The notes beneath the pieces are model-generated. The model ran no database searches, was not told the DNA's origin, and saw only the letters and a list, made by a program, of their open reading frames with translations. The translations under genes were made by a program, and so were the position numbers. Of a DNA stretch of 64,000 bases, positions 37,101 through 48,329 are shown in pieces. Origin of the DNA: Camelus dromedarius (lineage: Eukaryota); the NCBI RefSeq assembly GCF_036321535.1, contig NC_087436.1, forward strand, positions 114,454,001-114,518,000, read 5' to 3'. Each line of letters starts with the position of its first letter. The first letter of the stretch is position 1.

Positions 37101-40100
37101 TTTTTTTTTTTTTTTAATTGAAGTACAGTCAGTTACAAGGTGTCAGTTTCTGGTGTACAGTACAATGTCCCAGTCATGCATATACATACATATATTCATT
37201 TTCATATTCTTTTTCATCAAAGGTTATTATAAGATACTGAATATAGTTCCCTGTGCTGTACAGAAGAAATTTGCTCTTTTTAATCTATTTTTATATATAG
37301 TGGCTAACATTTGCAAATCTCAAACTCCCAAATTTATCCTTTCTCACACCCTTTCCCCCAGTAACCATAAGGTTGTTAACTATGTCTGCGAGTCTGTTTC
37401 TGTTTTGTGGATGAGTTCATTAGTGTCCTCTTTTTTTCTTTTTTTTTTAGATTCCACATATGAGTGATATCATATGGCATTTTTCTTTCTCTTTCTGGCT
37501 TCCTTCACTTAGAGTGATGATTTCTAGGTCCATCCATGTTGCTACAAATGACATTATTTTACTCTTATTCTCATCCGTGACTCAGGAAAGTGGCTCACGA
37601 TTTTTTATTTCTGCTCTTACCATCTCTTGTTCTGGGCCCAGGCTTCTCCATTCCCTGGTAGATAATCTTCTTAGGTGTCCTCCTGTTTCTGAGACTCAGT
37701 ACTTCCCATTGTCTGTTCAGTCTCCCTCCCTCTTCTCATTCTCTCTCTTTCCCTAATTCGTCTTTCTCCACTTTGTTTTGTAATTGTCAGCTTATAAAAG
37801 CATGCAGCTGACTTCCAGCTCACTAAAGCCAGCTTATAGTCTCTTTTTCACACAGTAACTGATAAACTAAATAAAACGTAGTAAAAGAATTTTAACAACG
37901 AAAGTGGTAAAGTCACACTTTGCCATGAATTTCAGTTGGTCATGGCCAAGGAAAGAAACTGGCTTTTAAAAAGCCCATCACTGCCGTGCCCTATCCAGAA
38001 CAAAAGCCTCGAGATAGTACTCCTGAATTTGGAGAGAAGCAGTTAAAGGGTATACTTTTATTTTCCCTTCAATTTCATGTAAATTTTTTAATGTTAAATT
38101 TAAATATACTCTACCTTAACCATTTTCATTTAAAAATCATATATACAAATAATAATATTATAAAACAGTATTCTGATTTTAAGTTTAATTTGTATATTTT
38201 TGTTTATAATTATATTAGTATTATAGTACAAACAATTTGGTATTTCATGCTCAAAACTTTTTTTGCAACTAAAGGCAAATAATTCAACTGTTGAGAAATC
38301 AGCAGTTCTCTTTGTTACCTTCTGCTTTATCCCTTTCCCCCAGCCCCTCCCCTCCACCACCCAACAAAGAAAAAAAAATCTGTTGTAAATTCCTTTCAGT
38401 TCTTTCTTTGGAGTTTCTCTTAAAAAGTCCAGGGTGAAGGAGCCGAGTGACTTCCTCTTTGCAAGGAAAAAATAATGGCCTTGTTGCTTTATAGTTGAAC
38501 CTTATCTCATGCTTTTCTGCCTGCAGAATTTGTTATCTTTTTGTATGGTCTCCTGAGCAGCAAAATAGTTACCTTTTAAAAAATTTCCAACAAACATCTA
38601 AAATACTGCTTGGAATATGTTGTTGAAATTGAAAGGAAAACTTTGGGGAGGATAAGTGGAAGCAGGGTCAAGTATGAAAAAGAAGCTTCTTGTCTTGTTC
38701 AACTTCTCTGTAGGAAGAGAATTCTGAAGATTTGGAAGAGTTATCGAAAACAAGTTCTAAGGCAAACAGCTCTGCTTCAAGGGCCATGGAAGAAAAAGGT
38801 GAGCAACACATCTACATAGATAAATTGTTTTGAGAAGAGACTAATCCTTCAAAGCAGCCAGCACATCTCTCACGAGGCTCCGCCAGCTGAAACCACAGTT
38901 CACTGACTTGCCTTCCCTTTTATAACACAGTCTGATGTGCTGAGTATCACTAGGGCTTAGGATTTGTAGTTTGGACCCTGTCCTACCCAAAGTATGCTTC
39001 TTACCAGCTAACCAGACTCCAGCTTATTAACTTCGGTGGTGTCCGCCTGAGAACGGAGTCTGTGTGTGCACGTGACAGGGACGACACAGGTCCCCTCGGT
39101 AGGTGTCCTGGCTGACTGTGGTCCCCAGCAGTGAACAGGGCTCTGCTCTCTCTGCAGATGAATATAGCAGTGGTGAAGCTGCTGGTGAAAAGACAGAGCA
39201 GAATGATGATGACAGCATAAAATCTCAGGAGGTGAGGAATGTTTTTCGTATTTATTTGTTCAGATTTATTTAAGTACTAAAAACAAGTAAAATGCACTCA
39301 GTGCTATTCCCCATATTTCTTAAGTACTTTTGAAGTAGCTTTTTTTTAGTACATTGGGACAGCATTTCATGCGGTACACTTGATCACTGTCATTTTGATT
39401 AATTCTGTTCTCTGTATCTTCGTTTTATCCAAACGTTTGTATGAGACCTAATTGTGTCGGCCATGTGGGATCGGCCGAGAGCTGTACCTCGGTGTCCATG
39501 TTAGTTCCTGACTTGGCAGCTTAGCACGGCCAGGCCAGGCACCAGTTCAGGTCAGAGAACAGGGCTGCTGAGCCCTGGAGTCTGGCAGGAAGAAATGGGG
39601 GCAGCAGCAGGGTGTGCAGAAGGCCTGCGGCAAGTGCCGAACGGGACCCAGTTTGACAAGGCGACATCAGGGACTCCTGGGAGGCTGCAGGAGCAGGCAG
39701 ACCTCCAGCACTACCCGTTCCAGGCCCCTTCAGATTTGCGAGAGCCCAGGAGGGCACAGAATCCTGGTGACATGAGACAGAGGCCCATAAATCAAGGGAA
39801 ACAACCTGTACACCAGCCAGGTCTTCTAGACATTGCCAAGTTTGCCAGTCTTGATATAACTTTTTAATAGTTCTGTTTGTTTTCAGTGGCCTCCTTTTTT
39901 TTTTTTAATAAGTAATCACATTTGGTCACAAGTGACTAGGACTAAATCCACATTTAAATGGACACATATATTTATTACAGAAGTAAAAGCTAACACTGAG
40001 AGCTTATTTCCATTACCTAAATCCCATAATCCTCACGACTCGGTAAATTCTACTCCAGTTAGCAATGTTTATCAGGTGAGGGAATTGCACTGAGAGCAGT

Positions 40101-43100
40101 GAAGCACCAAACCCAGGATCACGTATTTTTTAAGAGACGCAGCTGGGATTTGAGACCTCTGAAGAGAGAACTCTAAATCCTATTTTGGGAAGACAAACTT
40201 GCATAATACAGAATGAAAAATTTTTATTGCTTTTTTTTTTTCCTTTTCCCCTTAGGAAGATCAACCAGTAATTATTAAAAGGAAAAGAGGAAGACCTCGT
40301 AAATACCCTGTAGAAATAGCATTAAAAACAAGTAGGTATTTGGTGTCTTTTCAGTTCACATGCAAGAGATTTTCAAACTGATTTTCTAAGACTTGTATTT
40401 TTCATTTTTTAGAAGATGACTACAAAACAGATACTGGCATCGTCACTGTAAGTAATTGCAAAAGATGACAACTCCTCAGACGTCTGCTCTTGACCTAGAA
40501 AGAGTTCACTGCAACATTAGTATTTTCAACTACCTTTGTTTTAAGTATTTGAAAAGCTTTAAAAGACTTTCATAAATAAAACATCAAATAACCATTCCAA
40601 AGATATTTTGATTACTGATAGCTTCATATAAACATAATTATATCAGTTGTAATTCAGTCTGGCTCTATCCTCACTTGTGAGCTTGGCATATAAAAATTAT
40701 TTAGGGGCTTATCTTCTTGTCATCCTTGACTAAAGTATGGAAAATAGCTGTTTTGTATGATTTTTAGATAGTAGTTTCTTTTTGGAAACCTTCAAAGTGT
40801 CTCACCATCTTACTACTTTCTGTGGAGTTAATTTTATAAAATGTATGCTAGTTTCAGTGCAGGAAAATCCACAGTACTGCTTTATCTTTTCTAACATTCT
40901 TTATCTTTGGTTCTGAAGTGTATACCCAACAAAATTATTATATCAAGGCTTCATTGCCTGGGTTTCAGTGATAGCATTGTTAAGGGGACAAACCACGCCC
41001 ACTGACCTAACAAAAGCAAATGGGATTCAAGCCTCAGCTCTGCCACTTACTTGCAGATCTGTGACACTGTGCCAATCATGTGACCCTCTCGAGACTCCCA
41101 TTTCCTTGGATATAACAATACCTGCATTAATTATCTCACGAGAATTCTTACAAGATAACAGAAACAAAGAGCCACATGTAAAGGTGTGAATGCATTTACC
41201 AGCATGTAAGATGGTTTGCCAGGGTTGGGGGACCTCCGGTGCGTGTTTCCCGGTGCAGCAGCAGAGTGGCCAGGGAAGAGGCTTGTGGCAGCCCTAGTTC
41301 TCCTTCTGGAAAGGCCTGTGTGTTCAGAGTCATAGGCAGCCATGGCTTGGTATAGTCAACTGCAGAAAGTAGGCTCCAACTATGCTGCCTATGTAATAAA
41401 CAGCAGTTCTAAACCTTCTTTACATTATTGATTAACTTTTTGTGTTATGATGACAAACTACTGACTTCAACTTTCTGTTTGTTTAAATTTAGGTAGAACA
41501 GTCTCCACCTGGCAGCAAACTGAAAGCAATGCAGACGGGTGTGTACCTGAAGCCCTGCCCTGTGCATGATCTGAGGGAGGGGTGGGGGAGCTGGCTGGCA
41601 GGGGAGGTTGTAGAGTGTCACGCTTCTCAGTGATGTGGGTGCCTTTCTTGGTGGAAAAGGCTGTCCTTGTAGCCATGAGAGACCATAGCTCTTGGCTTTT
41701 CCTGTGATCTGAGTCATTCTCAGATTCTCTGTTAGTCTGGAAAGCCTTTAAGGAGGAGGGTGAAGGCAACAAAAAGCAAAAGAGGGAAGGCACCACTGTG
41801 TCCAAACCACACTTTACAGGACATGTGTCAGGGACAAGTAGATCAGTGTGGGAACTGGCACCCTTATCAGGAAGACAGGAGTTCAGCCCAAGAGGCTCTT
41901 GTTCTCAGAAGGAGAATTCTGAAAGCAGCCTGTGCAGCTTACAGAGCTAGGATGCAAGAGAGGAAATTGTTTCAGTGAAGTATTTTTGGCCTCATTCCAA
42001 GGAGAAAAAAAATATTCCAAAATGCTGATAATGTTTAGCTCTGGGTGGTGAGATGATAGGAGCCCTCCGTGTTGTTACTGCTGCCTGCATTTTCCAGAGT
42101 GTTTACCACGTGTATATATTAAATTCACAGTTTAAATTTTTTTACATACAAGCAAAAAGAGCGATTGGTAGATTTTTTAAGTGTTGACATAGGCAAAAAA
42201 AGATGAATACGACAGCTATTTTGAATCAAATAAACAGTGTGGTCAGATCAGGAAAGTACATGTTCTGATATCAAGGCAAAGCAACTGTGTAATTTAAAGG
42301 TTTTTCCACATTTAACTATGTGTGTGATCCTGTGATCATGCTTTTTCTTGTCTCTTTGAAAATTAAGGAGGTTTATTTTTTTTAACAAAAGATTCTCCTG
42401 ATGTTTCGTTTTTAACCATTTTTTATTCATAATTTTATAATTAAATTCATAGAAGAAGAAATCTTTATAATTCGAATGTCCTTTAAAGACTATTTTAAGC
42501 CATGTGATTATGTTCGAGGCTCGTTCATCAGTTGTTTTCTGAATCTGGGTAATGGTGACCCTTTTGAGACTGGATTCTTCTTTGTGGGCCTTGTTCTTGG
42601 TTTTTAACTCTTCTCTCTGTGTTAGCAAAGTGAACTTGGAGAAAAGGCAGCGACACAGTCTTCCTCACTATTAAGTCCACCTTTGGGTTATTGATTGTCT
42701 CATCAGCATCCTCATAATTTTAGCTTCATTTTTTTTTTTCAACCAAGCTACATTCTCAGAAAATGGTAACATCTACAGAAAGCAAATATATAAAGAATAG
42801 GCAAATACAACCTAAAATGGACTTATGAAATGTCACTTCTCTAGATACCATGATATAAGTGCATGGAGTCGAAAGAATCCCACCTACCACCCCACCTGCT
42901 GGTTATGTGACTCTGAACTAGTTACTCAGACCTCATTTTTCCTGACTACAAAACGGGGGTTGTACTATATATAGAGCTACATTGTGGTTTCAGTGAAGTC
43001 TGTAATCCTGACCTGCGGTTCCTGCTGCATCTGGGGGGGGTCCCTAGTTGTCCCCTCCCTCTTCCCTTTTCGGGTTCAGGGGATTGGAGCTGAAAGAGAG

Positions 43101-46100
43101 ACCATGAAGGTGGTGTAGCCCAACTCCTCATCTCACAGGTGAAAAAACTCAGGCTTGGGGAATTTAAGTAATAAGCCCAGATCACATAGCTTATTTGTGA
43201 CAGGTCTAATATGCAGACTTCAGCGTCCTGGCTTTTGTTCTGTTGTGCTCTCTGCTTAGGTATTCCACCTCGATCTTTGCTTGGCTGCTGTAAAAAATAA
43301 TGATAAATTGTGTAACAGTACCTTAATTAGCTCTGGTACATTCATAGACTACAAGCCAGACTGTTGAAATTAAATTTGATAAAGTATTAATGCAGAGATT
43401 TTCCTTTTCTTAAAGATGAGTCCAATAAAGAAACACTTAACCTACAAGAACGAAGTGGAAGCAATGTAAGTGTTAACGCTGTTATCAAGACGTGAACTTT
43501 AGAAATAAACTTAGTAGATGCTCCAGTGACCACCCTTTCAACTTTAATTTTATTGCCTTTAGGATGATGATGAAAAAACTGTGGCGAGTGTGCGGCGGAG
43601 AGGAAGAAAGCCCAAACGTTCGCTCACTCTGTCAGATGATGCTGGTACGTTCCTGGCAGATTCTTAATTCCAGAGTCTTATCATTTCAGAATCACCTTTT
43701 TAAGAGGCCTTCTTTGGAGGAGGGGAAATCCAGTGGGGTGCAGCTAGTATTAATATTACATAAATATGTGTGAAATGGCTCTAATCCTGTGTCAGAAATG
43801 GTACATCCCAGATGCTTTTCTGAGTACATGTGAATTTTTCGCAAATGCTGGCTGTGAACTGCCTAAGTAAACTATCCCAAATGTGTTTGAGATTAAGTTA
43901 AACAGTTGTGAATTGCAAGTGCTGAAACAAAAAGGAAGTGGAAAACCACTTCTTCTGCCTCCAGGTCCCTAATCTCCTATGTTCCAAACGGCGTGACTCT
44001 GCCCTTGGGAAGTGTACAATCCAGGTGTTACCCTTCTCTCTGAACAGAATCCTCCGAGCCGGAAAGAAAACGCCAGAAATCAGTTTCTGAAGCGGCTGAG
44101 GACAAGAAAGACCAGGATTCTGATGAGGAAGAGGAAGAGGAGGAAGAGGATGAGCCCTCTGGAGCCACCACGAGGTCCAGCGCCAGATCAGAGGCTCAGA
44201 GGTAACGGGGCCACGGAGAGCTTCCCGAGCCAGCAGGCAGCTTCGGGTTTCTCAGGGTTCTTCTCTTTGACTCACTCCCGCCACTCGTCAGCCCTTTCCT
44301 TTCAGTTTATCTTCAGAGAGCACATGCTCAGCCCTCTGACATTTCAGTTCCGCTTGGAGAACCCGTTTTCCTTCTTAAACCATTTCTGAGGATCACTTTG
44401 GACTCTTCGCCAGGTTTTAGATACCTGTTTGGTAGATCAGTTCCTTCACAAATATTTATCGAGCGTGAGTAGATACCTCTGACGCTGTGCTGGAAACACA
44501 GGTCATACAACGCAGCCCCTGCAGCAGCGCGCTTAGCTGCGGCGCGAGAGGAGCAGCCTGCCCGTCCCTGCGCTAAGGTGCACCTGGGACAGGCCCGCCC
44601 CCTGAAACCACCTACGTGCGGCCGTTTTGGGCTTGCGTACATTTCCCAGAGTACGTTCTCCCAAACCCTAGGAGAGCCAGAGGCCTCTGGAAAAAAGAGG
44701 ACCGTGGTCAAATGAGTTTGGGGAGTGCCACTGAGTTCTCGCTCCTTCGTAAGCCACACTGTACATTGACATTAAGGGCCTGTCCTAGTCCTGAAGGGAG
44801 GAAACCTGTTTAGTTTCGTCAGTTAGACTTTGCACACCCTCACCTGTGTCACTGTGCCTGTTAGCATCGGCGTTCCTTTCCCCACAGCACATTTTGAGAA
44901 ATGCTGCGTCTCTTTACAGTCTTAGCTTTCTCTGAAGCAAGAATACTTTGTTTTTAACGTGGTTCACAAGCTGTTCATCTTGGCATCGTCTTCTATAATC
45001 TCACTACCCAAGATTAGTCAGAAAGTTCGGGAACATTTATTTCAAGAGTATCACTTACTAACACCTGCCACTGTAGTATAAAGTAATATGTTTACATAAA
45101 AAAACAACCTATTTCTAATTCCTCCAAACTTGTACATTATTAGCCATTCGTGCCCTGGTTAGTTTCTGAGAGAATCAGATTTTAGAGCCAGAAGACTCGC
45201 GCTCACAGGGCTGGAGGTGCGGTGGTGGTCGCACAAGTGTTGTCTAGGAGGGGCAGCTCGGGTAGACGGAAGCCACAGAATCAGGGTTCCTGCTGGTAGA
45301 CAGAATGGGGGTGCACTCGGATGAGACACCGCCCAGCACCACCGCCTCCCCCTTAACAGTCCTGGAAGATCGTCCAGTACAGTAGAGCCCAACCCAGAGA
45401 AGTTTCCGTAGCTCTTCCCGGCATCTCCCCCTGAGTGTCTGAAAGTAGCTAACAGATTTGCCTTTTAAAATTCATTCCACAAAAATAAACCATATGTGAC
45501 GTGTGGCTCTGCAATCACCTGGGTTACTGGTGCTTCTCCTTCAATGCACTCGAGGGGCTGTGACTTACAGGCGGGTTCTTTCCCCTCCAGATACCTCGGC
45601 CTCGGTTGATTGGTTCCAGGGCTCTGGAGTGGTTACAACCTCACAGATTCTCAGGGTCGGATGGGGTCTGGGGAGGTACTGCCTACCCGTCAGTGCCCCC
45701 GTCACTACCCAGCAGCTCCTCTGGAAGGGTCTTTCGGCTCCTGCACGCTGCCTCGGGGCCCGGGTAGGTCGCCTCCCCAGCTCTTTTCCTGTGTTCCGTG
45801 GAAGCCGCCTCCCCGCAGCTTCTCCCCTGGGAGCCCCCCGTACAACTTGCCCCGACACACTGGGGGCCAGCTTCCAGGTCTTCTCCTTTTGTTCGTTCGC
45901 TTCAGTTTACCTTTATTTTCGTCAAGAAGCAAATGTTCTACACGAAGTGTGCGCTAATGAATCCGGAAGAGGACTGTCCACCGTGTCTCCTAGACACCGC
46001 ACCTCAGCTCGCCCCGGCTTGCTGGCTCCCTCGGCCTGAGCTGCGCACCAGCTCAGCTCAGGAGTCAGACCTCCTCTCCCTGATACTGGGCCCATCGACT

Positions 46101-48329
46101 GTTTGGACCCAGTAACGGGGCCTGACCATTCAGCTTCGTGAACTGTGCTTTCATCAGTCTTGGCCCCTCGTTCTGCTCTGGTGAGCATTTTGGGATCTTA
46201 TCTCACCAGCCAGGGTATTTTCTGTTTATCACAGATTCATCTTCAAATCACAACATGCCATCCTGCACAGTGAAGGCAGAGCCAGAGTCTTGCAAGCAGA
46301 GTTAGTCTTCATGATGAAACGCAGCTCTGCTCCCCAGCAATGGGCCAGAAAGCCAACCGTTTTCCTGCTTGTGGTCCCCATTCCCTGCCTTGCCCTCCAG
46401 GAGCCTGGACCTTTCTTGAGTCCCAGGGCCTGGCGTGCCCAGTGCTCCCCTGCCCGGTGTTTCTGTAATCTGTTTCAGAAAGCATCCCAGCGAGCCGTCT
46501 ACATGCACAGCGTCCAAACGTGGCAGCCCACAAACAGTCTCTCCTAGACAGCGCCAAAAATCAGTAAAAGAATTTATTTACCAGCAAAAAAGCAAATCTC
46601 CCCCAGTAGGAGGCTGGGTCCTGCCTACACTTAGGGTCACTTTTAGCCCCGAGACTGTTTCTGGTGCAGTGATGCTTTCTTCCTAAGTTTCTCTAAAATT
46701 TCTGTCTTGCCAAATAACTGTCTTTGGGAATCATTGGTTTCCCAAATGGAAACCTACTCCAAACGGACCAGGAAGAGCAGCCAGAAGGAGTCCTGGCGGC
46801 CTCGCCAGTCTGTCCCACCTCATGGCCTCCCACACAGGCTTGTCCTTGATCCTGTGAGCCTTACATGCTGACTCCCACCACCGGGACCGAAGGCCAAGCG
46901 TATTTCTTTCCGAGTGGTCACAGATCTGAATGCTTGGTTAAATCGGTGCAGCATGATCGAGCAGATAACAGCCCAGAGCACTGGAGGGGCAGCGAGGCAA
47001 CAGGAGAGCCCCCTGAGGCACAGCCACTGGCCCATTTGCACGTTCCCCACCGCCCAGTTCCCGCTTCCCACAAGTTGTGCCCAGCCTGCTCCGAGCTTTT
47101 GCTGGTGCTGGTTCTTCCTTGAGGAGCCCCCTCGCCACCAGCCCCCAGGCAGCCAGGTCCTTCCGCCCAGCACAGACACCACCCCCCTTCAGGACGCCGC
47201 CCCATCTGCTTCGGCCCATCTTCCTCCTTCCCGCTGCACCTCCGGTCAGGGCTGCGCAGTGAGGGCGGCCGAGGCCACTGCCTTCAGTGTGTTCCTTTTC
47301 CTTCCCCCCTCTGAGTTATAAACGTCTTCCTTGAGATCAGGGACTTGTCTTGCTTTCTGTACATTACAGCATCAAAAACTAAGACTTCACAGTATACAAA
47401 AACTCCTCTGATGTCTCATCACGTTTGATCTTCACAGCACACTTACAACAGGTATATGCGTCATCGTCCCCAGCTTACGGAAAGGGGGCAAACTGAAGTG
47501 CCAGGCACGCTGCACATAGGCTGTCCCATCCGTCCTTGTTGGGTACAATGTAGCACTTTTCCTTATTTTACATGTGAGGAGAAGACTCTCAGGCAAGCCT
47601 GGTTCATTATGTGCAGACCACTCACAGAGGCTCTTGCTAAGATGCAGGCTCTGATTCTGTAGAGACAGATAAACAAGATAGTGACTTTAACATGATTAAT
47701 TGAAGTTTCCGACAAATCACTCTAAAGGCAAAATGGAGAGCAGGGATAGGCTCCTGGCAGGGAGACAGGGCAGAAAACTCTTCTCAAGTTCCTGTGCCTT
47801 CTCTGACGCCACCAGCTGTCCTGCACGAAGCTCGGCCGTGTCCCTGCTCAGACACAGGCTGCCGCGCTGCTGTGTTCTTGCCGGTTGTCTCAGCGTGGGA
47901 CCGGCTGTTGATTTCTTTATGTTTTAGACAGAAGAACTAGGGCCTAGAGAAGAAAGTGGATTTGACCAAGGGCAACATGTCGAGCGAGGCAGAGCTGAAG
48001 CAGGCACGGGCTTCCTAACTGCCCGCCGGCGCCCTGTTTGCACGGGAGGCCAGGCTCCTCTAGAGCCTCCTTTTCTCCTGTGTAGCCGTTACCCCGGTTT
48101 TCTCTTCTCGGCTCTCAAGTTTAGAACTCTAACGTATTTTAAAGAACTCCCAGATTACTTGAAGCAGCTCCTTTTAAGTCTTACCTCGGCCTCGACTTTT
48201 GTTCACTGCAGATCAAAGGCACAGCTCTCCCCTTCTGCCAAGCGCAAGAGAGAGGCCAGCCCTCCCGTTGCGCGCACCAGGGGCCAGCAGCGCGTGGAGG
48301 AGGCCCCCGGGAAGAAGGCCAAGCGGTAA
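967..48329 (+). CDS. BOD1L1: BOD1L1 (biorientation of chromosomes in cell division 1-like 1), complete 26-exon CDS, about 3006 aa
   Basis: Kozak gccgccATGg at 967. Proline-rich N-terminus, then BOD1/Shg1-like segment [46 protein letters not shown]. Exons join in frame through GT-AG introns (sum 9021 nt) and end ...[13 protein letters not shown]. Lies upstream of NKX3-2 as in other mammals. Confidence 0.97.
1594..1793. repeat. Diverged tandem duplication, unit about 105 bp
   Basis: atttttgcctc...gaagatttctggtaagggtcatg...ggtaatgaatcaaa begins at 1601 and again at 1706. Confidence 0.85.
3345..4210 (-). mobile_element. LINE2 (L2) 3' fragments
   Basis: Typical L2 end (ttattcacccaacaaatagttg...ccaggcattgttttaagtgccagggatacagcagtgaaca) and later L2-like blocks. 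Confidence 0.65.
5209..5429. mobile_element. MER20-like hAT-Charlie non-autonomous DNA transposon
   Basis: gacattttgggctggatagttctttgctgtgggg...tctccagacattgccaaatgtcccctgggg...aagaaccagt. Confidence 0.8.
6287..6411 (+). CDS. BOD1L1: BOD1L1 exon 2 (125 nt)
   Basis: Pyrimidine tract + tag|; [43 protein letters not shown]|gtgagt. Confidence 0.95.
8133..8306. repeat. Near-perfect 86-bp tandem duplication
   Basis: 8133-8218 versus 8219-8304, one mismatch. Confidence 0.95.
8995..9362 (-). mobile_element. L1 3'-end fragment
   Basis: gttgatttacaatgttgtgttag...cctgtgctatacagtaggtcc...ttttagattccacatataagtgat. Confidence 0.8.
10930..11120 (+). CDS. BOD1L1: BOD1L1 exon 3 (191 nt)
   Basis: ttcag|; [36 protein letters not shown]...ITP; G|gtgtgc. 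Confidence 0.95.
11591..12205 (+). CDS. BOD1L1: BOD1L1 exon 4 (615 nt)
   Basis: aag|; [27 protein letters not shown]...EGTKE; G|gtaaaa. Confidence 0.93.
12810..12959 (+). CDS. BOD1L1: BOD1L1 exon 5 (150 nt)
   Basis: [35 protein letters not shown]...ITSD; G|gtaaag. A second in-frame AG lies 15 nt downstream. Confidence 0.88.
13153..13197. repeat. (GT)n microsatellite
   Basis: Read directly. Confidence 0.95.
13210..13765. mobile_element. MER21-like LTR
   Basis: cacaagactgccctcacttctgacaccaattgcaaattcagggtccccaagaccaccctc...tttactagaaggactcccagaactcactg. Confidence 0.7.
14964..15130 (+). CDS. BOD1L1: BOD1L1 exon 6 (167 nt)
   Basis: ttccag|; DEEKNKQ...[28 protein letters not shown]; |gtaagt. 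Confidence 0.95.
15492..15678 (-). mobile_element. Short L1 3'-end fragment, possible TSD attgaatt
   Basis: ttattgaagtatagtcagtttacaatgttgtgtcaatttctggtgtacagc...tgtgctata. Confidence 0.75.
16482..16593 (+). CDS. BOD1L1: BOD1L1 exon 7 (112 nt)
   Basis: tttag|; [38 protein letters not shown]|gtatag. Confidence 0.93.
16837..17049 (+). mobile_element. 5'-truncated L1 with A-rich tail and perfect 14-bp TSD (aattaagcattcta at 16823-16836 and 17050-17063)
   Basis: L1 3' UTR motifs (tattgtacaacacggggaatgtagccaata...), tail and TSD read directly. Confidence 0.88.
17490..17628 (+). CDS. BOD1L1: BOD1L1 exon 8 (139 nt)
   Basis: cccag|; [47 protein letters not shown]|gtacat. Confidence 0.93.
18601..18673 (+). 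CDS. BOD1L1: BOD1L1 exon 9 (73 nt)
   Basis: cctag|; [24 protein letters not shown]; |gtgtgt. Confidence 0.92.
20485..26497 (+). CDS. BOD1L1: BOD1L1 exon 10, giant exon (6013 nt, about 2004 codons, charged/low-complexity)
   Basis: Contained in the 2030-aa ORF 20419-26511; acceptor ttacag|CAT, donor ATA G|gtgaga. Confidence 0.96.
28367..28431 (+). CDS. BOD1L1: BOD1L1 exon 11 (65 nt)
   Basis: attag|; [21 protein letters not shown]; |gtatgg; phases fit neighbours. Confidence 0.85.
28630..28940 (+). mobile_element. L2 fragment
   Basis: cagccagaaccccaggagtcacc...ggtcatgtcattgctctgcttgaac...cttagagtaaaatc. Confidence 0.55.
29604..29688 (+). CDS. BOD1L1: BOD1L1 exon 12 (85 nt)
   Basis: ttttcag|; [29 protein letters not shown]|gtaaat. 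Confidence 0.88.
30280..30428 (+). mobile_element. MaLR (MLT1/MST-like) LTR 3' fragment
   Basis: atgacctcgtctaaatctgatcaccccccaaaggcc...aataccatcacactggggattaggg...acataaacatccagtccatagca. Confidence 0.65.
31875..31918 (+). CDS. BOD1L1: BOD1L1 exon 13 (44 nt)
   Basis: aacag|; [14 protein letters not shown]; |gtaagt. Confidence 0.82.
33372..33429 (+). CDS. BOD1L1: BOD1L1 exon 14 (58 nt)
   Basis: tatag|; [20 protein letters not shown]|gtaagt. Confidence 0.85.
34523..34596 (+). CDS. BOD1L1: BOD1L1 exon 15 (74 nt)
   Basis: ttcag|; [24 protein letters not shown]; |gtgggt. Confidence 0.85.
35230..35302 (+). CDS. BOD1L1: BOD1L1 exon 16 (73 nt)
   Basis: ttccag|; [25 protein letters not shown]|gtactg. 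Confidence 0.9.
35600..35886. mobile_element. hAT-Charlie MITE fragments (MER58-like followed by MER3-like)
   Basis: gcagtgatggaagtgttctctg...tagccaccagccatgtgtgactgttgagcatttgaatgtgg...gtggccacatgtggc. Confidence 0.65.
36524..36603 (+). CDS. BOD1L1: BOD1L1 exon 17 (80 nt)
   Basis: ttacag|; [26 protein letters not shown]; |gtattt. Confidence 0.9.
37097..37570 (-). mobile_element. L1 3' end with poly(T) (reverse A-tail)
   Basis: ttttttaattgaagtacagtcagttacaa...tagattccacatatgagtgatatcatatgg...ggtccatccatgttgctacaaatgaca. Confidence 0.85.
38714..38798 (+). CDS. BOD1L1: BOD1L1 exon 18 (85 nt)
   Basis: ctgtag|; [29 protein letters not shown]|gtgagc. Confidence 0.9.
39158..39231 (+). CDS. BOD1L1: BOD1L1 exon 19 (74 nt)
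   Basis: ctgcag|; [24 protein letters not shown]; |gtgagg. Confidence 0.9.
40256..40331 (+). CDS. BOD1L1: BOD1L1 exon 20 (76 nt), encodes AT-hook KRKRGRPRK
   Basis: cttag|; [26 protein letters not shown]|gtaggt. Confidence 0.92.
40413..40447 (+). CDS. BOD1L1: BOD1L1 exon 21 (35 nt)
   Basis: Follows an 81-nt intron; tttag|; [11 protein letters not shown]; |gtaagt. Confidence 0.85.
41493..41538 (+). CDS. BOD1L1: BOD1L1 exon 22 (46 nt)
   Basis: tttag|; [16 protein letters not shown]|gtgtgt. Confidence 0.85.
43416..43465 (+). CDS. BOD1L1: BOD1L1 exon 23 (50 nt)
   Basis: taaag|; [16 protein letters not shown]; |gtaagt. Confidence 0.87.
43563..43644 (+). CDS. BOD1L1: BOD1L1 exon 24 (82 nt)
   Basis: tttag|; [28 protein letters not shown]|gtacgt. 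Confidence 0.9.
44048..44201 (+). CDS. BOD1L1: BOD1L1 exon 25 (154 nt)
   Basis: aacag|; [14 protein letters not shown]...[28 protein letters not shown]|gtaacg. Confidence 0.92.
48212..48329 (+). CDS. BOD1L1: BOD1L1 exon 26, coding part (118 nt, terminal)
   Basis: ctgcag|; [38 protein letters not shown]. Confidence 0.93.
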
